A stretch of 27,250 bases of DNA from Fonticula alba ATCC 38817 (taxonomy: Eukaryota > Protista > Nucleariida). The stretch lies in the NCBI GenBank assembly GCA_000388065.2, contig KB932201.1. One strand, written 5' to 3'. Numbering within the stretch: position 1 is the stretch's first letter; every line of letters starts with the position of its first letter. The translations under genes were made by a program, and so were the position numbers. Below the pieces are notes generated by a model. The model ran no database searches. It saw only the letters and a list, made by a program, of their open reading frames with translations, and was not told the origin of the DNA. Below are positions 1-11,544 of this stretch, piece by piece.

Positions 1-974
1 GAGGAAGCATGGGGGATCGGGGTCTGGAGATCTCCACGCATCATTGTGGCCCGTGTGGATGAGTGCGTGCGTGCGTGCGTGCGTGTATGGATGTGTGTGT
101 GTGTGTATGTGAACTCGTGTATGCCTGCCTGTACACAAGCAAACACTCGTCGGCGCCTAGTCACGGCCGCGCTGCCAACCCCCTTTCTCCCTTGTCCGTT
201 GCCCCCGTGCCCTCCGCCCCCGGTCCGGTTGTCGTAGCCGACGAGATGGGCGGGAAAGTGGCCAGTCCGAGCCCGCCCACCTGGGGCGTCCCCGCCCCGC
301 TCCCCGGGGGGGGGGGGGGGCGGAACGGGAGAACGGAGGCGCGCGTTCACCGGTCCAAGTGGCATTCCGCCCGCCCAACTGGGCCCCGGTGGAGGCATGT
401 CCGGGGGCCGCATTCTTTCTCTTGCATAGCCGTTCCCTCTGTGCCTCTCTCTCTCTCTCTCGTTTGTCGGCTCTCTTTCGGGCTGTGCGCTTGATCCTTC
501 GCTTTCATGGAGGCCTCGTCACCCCTTGATGCACCCAGGCATGGCGTCCACCAGATCAAAGGGTCTTCTCGTCGCGGGAGGGTGGCTCGGCCCACAGCTG
601 AGATGGCATCCTTTCGGGGGGGGGGGAAGGCCGCCGACATAGTCGACCAGCCCATCCGTCTCGCCTGCCCAGCCACCCTGGGCCTGGGCATTCGCCATCA
701 CACACGCCCACACTCACCAAGATAGACACACACACACACACTCACACGCGGGTACGAGAACACATGCGCGTGTATGTGTGTGCGTCCTTGCACGTTGGCC
801 CCCATCCCCCCAGGCAAACAATGGTCTCCGGACCCACCCTCCTTCTGCGATGGGCCCTGTCCCGAGGGGCAGCGGGGCCAAATGCTCCCTGCCCTTCTTG
901 AGTTCGTTGCCCTCGGTTTACGCGATGACCCAATGCAGGCCTCCAGCAAGGCAGCCCATCATGCCTGGGGATGA
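1..974 (+). other. Possible 3' part of an unidentified spliced + strand gene (unresolved)
   Basis: Donor-like GTGCGT at 63 followed by (GTGC)n/(GT)n, as in the introns of the other genes. Pyrimidine-tract acceptors at about 237, 538 and 813. No recognisable protein motif and no consistent reading frame could be assembled. Confidence 0.2.
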
Positions 975-2049
975 AGGGGTTGTGCACCCTCGCTCGGCCT
1001 CTTCCGGGCACGGGCGCTGCATTTAATTACACCACGGCCGAGGGGGCCGGCATGGCAGGGGACATCCTGGTGGGGCCGTTGCCGCCGCGGTTCACCGGTC
1101 TCTGTGTTCTCGTTTCGTGAACAGCCACCCGAGCGCCACCTAGCCGCCCCCTTCCCTTGTTGTACCGGCGGCCAGCGCCCGGTGTAACGGTCTTCCCCGG
1201 GGAGACGGAATACCCACAAGTGCAGGGGGGGGGGGGGGGACGGGGGGCCGGGGGCGGGGGGCAAGGGGCGTGCCTCGCGGTCCCCTCGCTTTGCCCTGGT
1301 GTGCGTGTGTGCGCGTCTGTGTGAGTGTGTGTGAGCGTGTCTGAGGGAGGGGGGTAAATCCCCCCCCCCCCCCCCCCCCGCCCGCTGCGCCTGGGGGATC
1401 GGCCGAAAAGGCGCCCATGGGCGCCAGATGGCTGACCGATCTGTGGCAGCCCTAGTCCTCCGGCCCGCGCCTCCACAGCACGGTCCGATTGCTCGCAGCA
1501 CACTAGTCCGATCTGGGAGCCCCTCCCCGCCCCGGGCAGGCTCCTAGTCCGAGCCCGCCTCCTTCGGTGGTCCGCACGACCGGGCGTGGTGTGCCTCTAG
1601 TCGCCGGTACATGGCAGAGGCTACTCCGGCCGGATCGCGTTGGTTCCCGTGCCATGCCGCTGCGCCGGGAGCCACACACTCTCGGAGGGAGGGAAGGCGG
1701 CCGAGACAGCGCGGCCCGTGGACCCGAGCCGATGTCTGCCCACTTGCCCGGCACTTTTCGGCCTTCACCCCGGTAGCTTGCTCCTCTCACAGCCATGAGA
1801 CCTCCTCGCACTTCCCTGGCCGACATCCACTCCCGCCCGGACCGCGTCGTCGCTTGTCCCTCTTCCTGCTCGTTCGCCGTTCACACCACCGCCCAGGCCA
1901 CCACTTGTCACCGGGATCTCCTCGCCCCTTCCTCTTGCCTTCCGTTCCCCCTCTTGCTCCTCTTCTTCTTGCCCCCACCCTTCTCCCCCTTCTCCTCCAC
2001 TCCGTCCCTTCCCCTCTGGTCTTCCCTTTTCTCCTGCCCTCCTTCGCCA

Positions 2050-2088
2050 CTCCTCCTCCTCCTCCTCCTCCTCCTCCTCCTCCTCCTC
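2050..2088 (+). repeat. (CCT)~13 microsatellite upstream of the PLK start codon (also at 6621-6659)
   Basis: Direct reading. It sits at the end of a ~300 nt pyrimidine-rich tract. Confidence 0.9.
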
Positions 2089-2186
2089 CCCCACCACCCC
2101 CTGCCCCAAGCGCGAACAGGAGCTAGACCCGGGTAATCCCGGTCGGGTGCCGGCCTCTTCCGTTGGTGGACTCCCCCTCTTCGTCC

Positions 2187-5100
2187 ATGGTTCAGTATGA
2201 TCTCCCGCTGCCCGGCGACCGGCCCAGCCTGGAGGCTGTCGCAGCCCATCCTGGCGATCCGTACCCCCACCACCCCCACCAACATCACCCTCACCAGCAC
2301 CAGCACCAGCACCATCCCCACGCCTACCACCAGCACCACCAGCACCATCACCACCAGGCATCCCCGGGGATGACCATGCCGTCGGGTGTGCCCGCCACTC
2401 CGACCCCGGCTATGGCCTTGGCTTCGTCAAGTAGCCCACTCACCGCCGCCCCAGCTCCGGCACCGGTGCCGGCGTCGACCTCCGCAGCCACTGCCGCCCC
2501 ATCGGACTCGGCTCCCTCCCGGCCGCCGCCGCCGGTACTCGCCGGTCGCATCATCACCGATACCTTCACCCACCGCCGCTTTGTCCTTGGTGACTTCCTG
2601 GGCGAGGTGCGTCTTTGACTGGTGCCATCTCTGGCCCCGACCCCCTCCCCCCCATGTGGCCGTGCCTGCCCATGCATTGTCCTTCGCTGCTCCCCCGGGA
2701 CGCTTGATGACGATCTTACTCACCCATGATGCCACGCATCCCCCCACGCCTTCCCCGTTTGCCCCTCTCGCCTCGCCCCTCCCCCCCCCCTCCCCAGGGC
2801 GGCTTCGCGCGAGTCTACCAAGTGACCGAACTCCACGACCCCGCACACTATGACCAAGTGGCCGAGGCCGTGGGACATGCTCCAATCACTCACTCCAGCG
2901 GATACCTGCTGGGCCGGTCCTTTGCGGCCAAGATCGTCGAGCGATCGACCCTCCTGAAGCCACGCACCAAGCACAAGGTTCGTGCTGCCCCATTGTTTTT
3001 TCTTTCCCCGCCTCCCCCTCCCCCCCCTCCCCTTGTGCCCCCCTGAGTGTGTTTGTGTTCGCTTTTGTCGATGCATCCTGCCCCGCCCTGACACAGCTTC
3101 CACTGCTCCGCTTCGTGCTTCAGCTGAAAATGGAGATCTCCATTCACCGGGATCTGCGGCATCCCAACATCGTGCAGTTTGATTCGGTCTTCGACGACCA
3201 GACGAATGTGTATCTCCTGTTGGAGCTTTGCACCGGTCGAGTACGTGCACTTCTCTTCACTTGGCTGGCTGGCCGCCTGCTTACCTGGTCGTTCGGCTGA
3301 CATGTCATCCCAGTCCCTGCTTGATCTCCTTCGCAAGAAGCGGCGCTTTGGCGAGGAGGAATGTGTGCCGCTGCTCCACCAAATTTTGGACGCCATCGAG
3401 TACCTTCACCGGGCAAAAGTCATCCATCGCGATCTGAAGCTGGGCAACCTCTTCTTGGCCGCCGACTCGTCCATCAAGATCGGGGATTTCGGCCTGGCCA
3501 CGCGCATCAAGTTCGATGGGGACCGAAAGCTGTGCGTATTGTCGCTGGCCGCATGGCTCCACTTGTTTTTCCCGGCTCTGCCGGCACCTGTCCGCTTTTG
3601 CATCTCCCTGTGCTCTCCTCCTGTGCTTCAGTCTCTCTCTCTCTCTCTCTCTCTCCTGCCCCTCTCTCCTGCTCCTCTCTCCTGCCCCTCCTTTTTCCAC
3701 ACTCACCCATCCACTCATCCTCTCCTTCTCGGTATCTCCTCTTGGGGTCAACTTAGAACCCTGTGCGGCACGCCGAATTACATCGCCCCCGAGGTCCTTG
3801 GCACTGGCCCCCTGCCCGGGGCCACGTCTGATGGCACAAAGCAAGCTGCCGGCGGCCTGCCCCCGGCACCTGTTGGCAACCCAAATGGCCACAGCTTCGA
3901 GGTGGACATCTGGTCCTTCGGAGTCATCCTGTATACGCTGCTGGTGGGCCGGCCGCCGTTTGTCACCCGGAGCGTGGAGCTCACGTACCAGCGCATTCGC
4001 AACAATGACTACGAATTCCCGCCGATGCAACTGTCCAACGCCGCCATGGACCTCATCCGAGCCATCCTCAAGACCAACCCCGATGAACGGCCGAGCATCC
4101 AGGAAATCCGCGACCACCCGCTCATGCGTCGCTATCCGCATCCACTCCGACCGGATGATGGGCTCCTGCGTGCGCGACTGGCCGCCCACCACCAGCACGG
4201 GCACCCCGGGGCCGGGGCCCTCTTGGTTCCAGCTGGGCTTCCCACGCCGGCGGGTGGGTACTATTACCACTCGGGCGAGGGCCCGATGGCGACGACCCGT
4301 GCCACGCCGGCGGCCCCGGCCACGGCCGCCAGCCAGCCGGCATCCCCTGCTGCGCAGAATTTCCCGCTGGCCATCACGCCGGGGTCCGCCGCGCGGCCCT
4401 CCTCCGCCCTGCGCTCGAGCCTGACGGCTCCGCTGTCCTCCGCGAGTTCTTCGGCCGCCGGCGCGACGGCCTCCCCCGCCGCCCTGCCCGCCGCCGTGGC
4501 TGCCTCCAAGCGTCTCTTGGCCGAGGGAACGGATGCCTCGGCTGCCAGTGGGCGTGGCACCCCGGGCGACGTTCGGACGCCGCTTCTTCCGGTTGGCGGC
4601 CAAGCCGGCACCGCCGGCGGTGTCGGCATGCCGATGACCCCGGTGTCAACCGGCGCCGCGGCTGTCACCCCGGCCAAGCCCCCTTCCGGTGCGCTGGCCA
4701 CGCCGCTGGTCCGGTCGGCCGGAAGCCCCCCCTCCTCGGCCGGCATCCTGTCACCCCTGCAGCTGGCCCTGGCCGCCCAGCAGGCCCGTTCCCCCGGGTC
4801 CGGGATGTCGGCCACCGCCGCCGGCACGACCCATGCCACCTCCCAGGGCTGCCTGCTGGGGTCCTACTCGCCGCTGCTGGTCAGCAGCCCGGGGCTGCTC
4901 CTCGGGTCGTCTCGGTCTCCGGTTGCCGAGGATTCGCGTGGCTCGCCATCGCCGTCGGCCGCGGCAGCAGCTGCCGTGGCGGCGGCCCGAGCAGGCTCCC
5001 GGCCGGGGGCCACTTCCTCCCTGCGTGCCTCCATCTCTCGGAGCGCCGGTGTGGCCAAGGCTTCCCTCCGGGGCGTTGACCGCTCGGGCCCGGCCACCGG

Positions 5101-5728
5101 CACCACTCCTGCCTCCGCCGCCGGCGGCTTGACCGTCGCCACTGCGGTTGCCCCTGCCGTCGGCGCCGGCGCCGGCGCCGGCGCCGGCGCCCCCTCCCCG
5201 GTCAAGCCGGTTCTCTGGGTGGATCTCTACCAAATCATGTTGCGCCAGGTGCAACTCATTCTCGCCCAGTCCGATCGCGTGCACCAGCGGTTCTCCCCCT
5301 CGTCCGCCATCATCCCCCAACCGTGGGTGGTCAAGTGGATCGACTACTCCGGCAAGTATGGGCTCGGGTATCGGCTGTCCAACAGCGTCACCGGGGTCCT
5401 GTTCAATGATCACACTTCTCTCCTCCGAAGCGATGACCTCCGGCGGAATGTCTATCTGGACCATACCACCCAGGAGCGCCGGCACTTCCCTTGCGACACG
5501 GTTCCCGAGCCACTCGCCAAGAAGACGCACATCCTCAACTACTTTCATGGATACATGGAGGACTGCCTGCGCGATCAGATTGGCACCTCATCGACGCCGG
5601 TCGCCGGGGCCGGGGTCTACGCACCGGGCTTCGCTCCTCAAGCCCAGGCGGCCGATCTGCCGATGGTGGGCAAATGGTCGCGAACCGAGCATGGGATCCT
5701 TTTCCGTCTCAGTCACGGTCTTCTTCAG
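2187..5728 (+). CDS. PLK1: Polo-like kinase, copy 1: exons 1-5 only, lacking the last exon (likely assembly duplicate)
   Basis: Exons 2187-2606, 2798-2977, 3124-3240, 3314-3531, 3757-5728, identical to copy 2. After the GTATGT donor at 5729 the intron runs into CT repeats and the N gap, with no exon 6. Confidence 0.7.
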
Positions 5729-5920
5729 GTATGTTCCCGGCTATCTCCTCCGCTTGCTCCGCCTCTCTTGTTGCTTTCTTCGCTGCTCCCGCCCCCGGCC
5801 TTCTGACTTTCCCCACCAATTCTTTCCTCACCGGCGGGCTCTTCTCTCTCCCTCTCTCTCCCTCTCTCTCCCTCTCTCTCCCTCTCTCTCCCTCTCTCTC
5901 CCTCTCTCTCTCTCCCTCTC

Positions 5921-5930
5921 NNNNNNNNNN
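5921..5930. other. Assembly gap (10 N) at the duplication junction
   Basis: N run between a CT microsatellite and C20. Confidence 0.99.
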
Positions 5931-6757
5931 CCCCCCCCCCCCCCCCCCCCGCCCGCTGCGCCTGGGGGATCGGCCGAAAAGGCGCCCATGGGCGCCAGAT
6001 GGCTGACCGATCTGTGGCAGCCCTAGTCCTCCGGCCCGCGCCTCCACAGCACGGTCCGATTGCTCGCAGCACACTAGTCCGATCTGGGAGCCCCTCCCCG
6101 CCCCGGGCAGGCTCCTAGTCCGAGCCCGCCTCCTTCGGTGGTCCGCACGACCGGGCGTGGTGTGCCTCTAGTCGCCGGTACATGGCAGAGGCTACTCCGG
6201 CCGGATCGCGTTGGTTCCCGTGCCATGCCGCTGCGCCGGGAGCCACACACTCTCGGAGGGAGGGAAGGCGGCCGAGACAGCGCGGCCCGTGGACCCGAGC
6301 CGATGTCTGCCCACTTGCCCGGCACTTTTCGGCCTTCACCCCGGTAGCTTGCTCCTCTCACAGCCATGAGACCTCCTCGCACTTCCCTGGCCGACATCCA
6401 CTCCCGCCCGGACCGCGTCGTCGCTTGTCCCTCTTCCTGCTCGTTCGCCGTTCACACCACCGCCCAGGCCACCACTTGTCACCGGGATCTCCTCGCCCCT
6501 TCCTCTTGCCTTCCGTTCCCCCTCTTGCTCCTCTTCTTCTTGCCCCCACCCTTCTCCCCCTTCTCCTCCACTCCGTCCCTTCCCCTCTGGTCTTCCCTTT
6601 TCTCCTGCCCTCCTTCGCCACTCCTCCTCCTCCTCCTCCTCCTCCTCCTCCTCCTCCTCCCCCACCACCCCCTGCCCCAAGCGCGAACAGGAGCTAGACC
6701 CGGGTAATCCCGGTCGGGTGCCGGCCTCTTCCGTTGGTGGACTCCCCCTCTTCGTCC

Positions 6758-9700
6758 ATGGTTCAGTATGATCTCCCGCTGCCCGGCGACCGGCCCAGCC
6801 TGGAGGCTGTCGCAGCCCATCCTGGCGATCCGTACCCCCACCACCCCCACCAACATCACCCTCACCAGCACCAGCACCAGCACCATCCCCACGCCTACCA
6901 CCAGCACCACCAGCACCATCACCACCAGGCATCCCCGGGGATGACCATGCCGTCGGGTGTGCCCGCCACTCCGACCCCGGCTATGGCCTTGGCTTCGTCA
7001 AGTAGCCCACTCACCGCCGCCCCAGCTCCGGCACCGGTGCCGGCGTCGACCTCCGCAGCCACTGCCGCCCCATCGGACTCGGCTCCCTCCCGGCCGCCGC
7101 CGCCGGTACTCGCCGGTCGCATCATCACCGATACCTTCACCCACCGCCGCTTTGTCCTTGGTGACTTCCTGGGCGAGGTGCGTCTTTGACTGGTGCCATC
7201 TCTGGCCCCGACCCCCTCCCCCCCATGTGGCCGTGCCTGCCCATGCATTGTCCTTCGCTGCTCCCCCGGGACGCTTGATGACGATCTTACTCACCCATGA
7301 TGCCACGCATCCCCCCACGCCTTCCCCGTTTGCCCCTCTCGCCTCGCCCCTCCCCCCCCCCTCCCCAGGGCGGCTTCGCGCGAGTCTACCAAGTGACCGA
7401 ACTCCACGACCCCGCACACTATGACCAAGTGGCCGAGGCCGTGGGACATGCTCCAATCACTCACTCCAGCGGATACCTGCTGGGCCGGTCCTTTGCGGCC
7501 AAGATCGTCGAGCGATCGACCCTCCTGAAGCCACGCACCAAGCACAAGGTTCGTGCTGCCCCATTGTTTTTTCTTTCCCCGCCTCCCCCTCCCCCCCCTC
7601 CCCTTGTGCCCCCCTGAGTGTGTTTGTGTTCGCTTTTGTCGATGCATCCTGCCCCGCCCTGACACAGCTTCCACTGCTCCGCTTCGTGCTTCAGCTGAAA
7701 ATGGAGATCTCCATTCACCGGGATCTGCGGCATCCCAACATCGTGCAGTTTGATTCGGTCTTCGACGACCAGACGAATGTGTATCTCCTGTTGGAGCTTT
7801 GCACCGGTCGAGTACGTGCACTTCTCTTCACTTGGCTGGCTGGCCGCCTGCTTACCTGGTCGTTCGGCTGACATGTCATCCCAGTCCCTGCTTGATCTCC
7901 TTCGCAAGAAGCGGCGCTTTGGCGAGGAGGAATGTGTGCCGCTGCTCCACCAAATTTTGGACGCCATCGAGTACCTTCACCGGGCAAAAGTCATCCATCG
8001 CGATCTGAAGCTGGGCAACCTCTTCTTGGCCGCCGACTCGTCCATCAAGATCGGGGATTTCGGCCTGGCCACGCGCATCAAGTTCGATGGGGACCGAAAG
8101 CTGTGCGTATTGTCGCTGGCCGCATGGCTCCACTTGTTTTTCCCGGCTCTGCCGGCACCTGTCCGCTTTTGCATCTCCCTGTGCTCTCCTCCTGTGCTTC
8201 AGTCTCTCTCTCTCTCTCTCTCTCTCCTGCCCCTCTCTCCTGCTCCTCTCTCCTGCCCCTCCTTTTTCCACACTCACCCATCCACTCATCCTCTCCTTCT
8301 CGGTATCTCCTCTTGGGGTCAACTTAGAACCCTGTGCGGCACGCCGAATTACATCGCCCCCGAGGTCCTTGGCACTGGCCCCCTGCCCGGGGCCACGTCT
8401 GATGGCACAAAGCAAGCTGCCGGCGGCCTGCCCCCGGCACCTGTTGGCAACCCAAATGGCCACAGCTTCGAGGTGGACATCTGGTCCTTCGGAGTCATCC
8501 TGTATACGCTGCTGGTGGGCCGGCCGCCGTTTGTCACCCGGAGCGTGGAGCTCACGTACCAGCGCATTCGCAACAATGACTACGAATTCCCGCCGATGCA
8601 ACTGTCCAACGCCGCCATGGACCTCATCCGAGCCATCCTCAAGACCAACCCCGATGAACGGCCGAGCATCCAGGAAATCCGCGACCACCCGCTCATGCGT
8701 CGCTATCCGCATCCACTCCGACCGGATGATGGGCTCCTGCGTGCGCGACTGGCCGCCCACCACCAGCACGGGCACCCCGGGGCCGGGGCCCTCTTGGTTC
8801 CAGCTGGGCTTCCCACGCCGGCGGGTGGGTACTATTACCACTCGGGCGAGGGCCCGATGGCGACGACCCGTGCCACGCCGGCGGCCCCGGCCACGGCCGC
8901 CAGCCAGCCGGCATCCCCTGCTGCGCAGAATTTCCCGCTGGCCATCACGCCGGGGTCCGCCGCGCGGCCCTCCTCCGCCCTGCGCTCGAGCCTGACGGCT
9001 CCGCTGTCCTCCGCGAGTTCTTCGGCCGCCGGCGCGACGGCCTCCCCCGCCGCCCTGCCCGCCGCCGTGGCTGCCTCCAAGCGTCTCTTGGCCGAGGGAA
9101 CGGATGCCTCGGCTGCCAGTGGGCGTGGCACCCCGGGCGACGTTCGGACGCCGCTTCTTCCGGTTGGCGGCCAAGCCGGCACCGCCGGCGGTGTCGGCAT
9201 GCCGATGACCCCGGTGTCAACCGGCGCCGCGGCTGTCACCCCGGCCAAGCCCCCTTCCGGTGCGCTGGCCACGCCGCTGGTCCGGTCGGCCGGAAGCCCC
9301 CCCTCCTCGGCCGGCATCCTGTCACCCCTGCAGCTGGCCCTGGCCGCCCAGCAGGCCCGTTCCCCCGGGTCCGGGATGTCGGCCACCGCCGCCGGCACGA
9401 CCCATGCCACCTCCCAGGGCTGCCTGCTGGGGTCCTACTCGCCGCTGCTGGTCAGCAGCCCGGGGCTGCTCCTCGGGTCGTCTCGGTCTCCGGTTGCCGA
9501 GGATTCGCGTGGCTCGCCATCGCCGTCGGCCGCGGCAGCAGCTGCCGTGGCGGCGGCCCGAGCAGGCTCCCGGCCGGGGGCCACTTCCTCCCTGCGTGCC
9601 TCCATCTCTCGGAGCGCCGGTGTGGCCAAGGCTTCCCTCCGGGGCGTTGACCGCTCGGGCCCGGCCACCGGCACCACTCCTGCCTCCGCCGCCGGCGGCT

Positions 9701-11090
9701 TGACCGTCGCCACTGCGGTTGCCCCTGCCGTCGGCGCCGGCGCCGGCGCCGGCGCCGGCGCCCCCTCCCCGGTCAAGCCGGTTCTCTGGGTGGATCTCTA
9801 CCAAATCATGTTGCGCCAGGTGCAACTCATTCTCGCCCAGTCCGATCGCGTGCACCAGCGGTTCTCCCCCTCGTCCGCCATCATCCCCCAACCGTGGGTG
9901 GTCAAGTGGATCGACTACTCCGGCAAGTATGGGCTCGGGTATCGGCTGTCCAACAGCGTCACCGGGGTCCTGTTCAATGATCACACTTCTCTCCTCCGAA
10001 GCGATGACCTCCGGCGGAATGTCTATCTGGACCATACCACCCAGGAGCGCCGGCACTTCCCTTGCGACACGGTTCCCGAGCCACTCGCCAAGAAGACGCA
10101 CATCCTCAACTACTTTCATGGATACATGGAGGACTGCCTGCGCGATCAGATTGGCACCTCATCGACGCCGGTCGCCGGGGCCGGGGTCTACGCACCGGGC
10201 TTCGCTCCTCAAGCCCAGGCGGCCGATCTGCCGATGGTGGGCAAATGGTCGCGAACCGAGCATGGGATCCTTTTCCGTCTCAGTCACGGTCTTCTTCAGG
10301 TATGTTCCCGGCTATCTCCTCCGCTTGCTCCGCCTCTCTTGTTGCTTTCTTCGCTGCTCCCGCCCCCGGCCTTCTGACTTTCCCCACCAATTCTTTCCTC
10401 ACCGGCGGGCTCTTCTCTCTCCCTCTCTCTCCCCCTCTCTCCCTCTCTCTCTCTCTCTCTCTCTTCCGGTGTGTGTGTGTGTGTGTGCCGTCGCAGATCA
10501 ATTTCACCAATCACTTGAAGGTGGTCTTCGTCCCGGCTTGCCGACGCCTGTACATCGTGTACCCAGACCAGTCGTGCATGGAGTTCCACTTTTCCAAGGC
10601 CGACGGGTCCCTCGAGGCCGAGGGTCCCGGCTGGACGCGCAGCGCCTCCCTCCCGGCCGATGCTGCCCGATCGCTGGCCGGCTGTCAGACCATCATTGCC
10701 GGGCTCTGTGCTCCGACGTCCTCCGGCAGCGGCGGTCCTGCGTCCCCGGTACCGGCTTTCCGTTCGTCGTCCACCGCCGGCTCCACCGCGGGCGCCGCCA
10801 TGACCGCGGCCGCCACCACCCCCACCACGGCCCCGATCGCCGGCGCTGGCCCCGATGCCAAGATGTCGGGATCCAGCGGCGCCTTGGCCTCCAGCAATGC
10901 GGCCCGCCTGGGCTCCGGGCCTGGGCTTTTCCACTCGCCACAGCCGGTGCCAACGTCGGTGGCCATGATGGCCCCCTCCGGCGGTGATGCTCGTTCTCCC
11001 CCGTCTCTACGCTCGTCGCAGGACACGGCCTCCATTTCCTCGTCGTCATCCTCTTCCTCTTCGTCGAGCTCCTCACCGGCCTCCTTCTGA
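6758..11090 (+). CDS. PLK1: Polo-like kinase (PLK1/Cdc5/Plo1 type), complete, 6 exons, about 1166 aa
   Basis: Exons 6758-7177, 7369-7548, 7695-7811, 7885-8102, 8328-10299, 10497-11090 (3501 nt, all GT-AG, frame-consistent). Spliced motifs: LGEGGFARVY, FAAK, HRDLKLGN, DFGLAT...RKLTLCGTPNYIAPE, GHSFEVDIWS. Polo box 1 WVVKWIDYSGKYGLGY. Polo box 2 LSHGLLQINFTNHLK, with the His-x-Lys phosphopeptide pincer. Confidence 0.95.
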
Positions 11091-11544
11091 TGGGGACGGT
11101 CTGTCCTGCTCGCCGTTTGCTTGTTCCTTGGCCCTCCCCTACCGGCTGCTCTCCTCGTTGTTTGAAGCGCCGGTGCGCTGTGCGTCTCCGCTCATGCTTG
11201 CAGCCAGGAGGGCGGGCCAGTCTCGGGACGGCTTTTGTCCTTGTTGCCCTTGTGTGCCTCCTCATGTTCCCCCGGGATATTTCTCGATCCTCCCCCCCCC
11301 CCCTCCCCCTCTCCTGCCCTTCCTCCCTTGTCCTCCTTTTTCAGAGAAGCTGTACCATACAACACATCCTTTCTACCACCCGTCTTTCATGCTCGTGCTC
11401 CCCTCTGCGTGTCGCCCCATGATGAGAAGGAAAGACCTGTCTATTGGAGTGGCCAGCCTGGTGAGGCATGCCGGGGAGGGCGGATCCTTGGAATGGGGGG
11501 CCATCATTGGCGCCCCCCTCCCCCCAGCCCAGGACTTCCCCTTC

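Larger units (their letters stand above)
1360..10433. repeat. Direct tandem duplication of ~4.5 kb (1360-5862 and 5931-10433, period 4571 nt), probably an unmerged contig overlap
   Basis: Every ORF wholly inside the unit recurs 4571 nt later with an identical translation (e.g. 3179..5806 and 7750..10377), and introns and upstream DNA match by eye. Copy 2 starts at a C20 run right after a 10-N gap. Copy 1 ends in a CT microsatellite right before the gap. Confidence 0.97.

Noticed and set aside
1410-1425. Perfect 16-bp palindrome GGCGCCCATGGGCGCC upstream of PLK
   Set aside because: Roughly one such palindrome is expected by chance in about 27 kb of GC-rich DNA, and there is no other support.
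3179-5806. 875-aa ORF as the PLK protein
   Set aside because: It begins inside exon 3 in a different frame, reads through part of intron 3 and all of the 3n intron 4, and ends in intron 5. The spliced model restores all kinase and polo-box motifs.
5841-5920. (CCTCTCTCTC)n 10-mer array as a CRISPR-like or satellite element
   Set aside because: It is an interrupted CT microsatellite at a contig end, with no spacers, in a eukaryotic intron.
1360-5930. Duplicated unit as a transposon or LTR element
   Set aside because: No terminal repeats, target-site duplication, or transposase/RT coding. The content is a host kinase gene.
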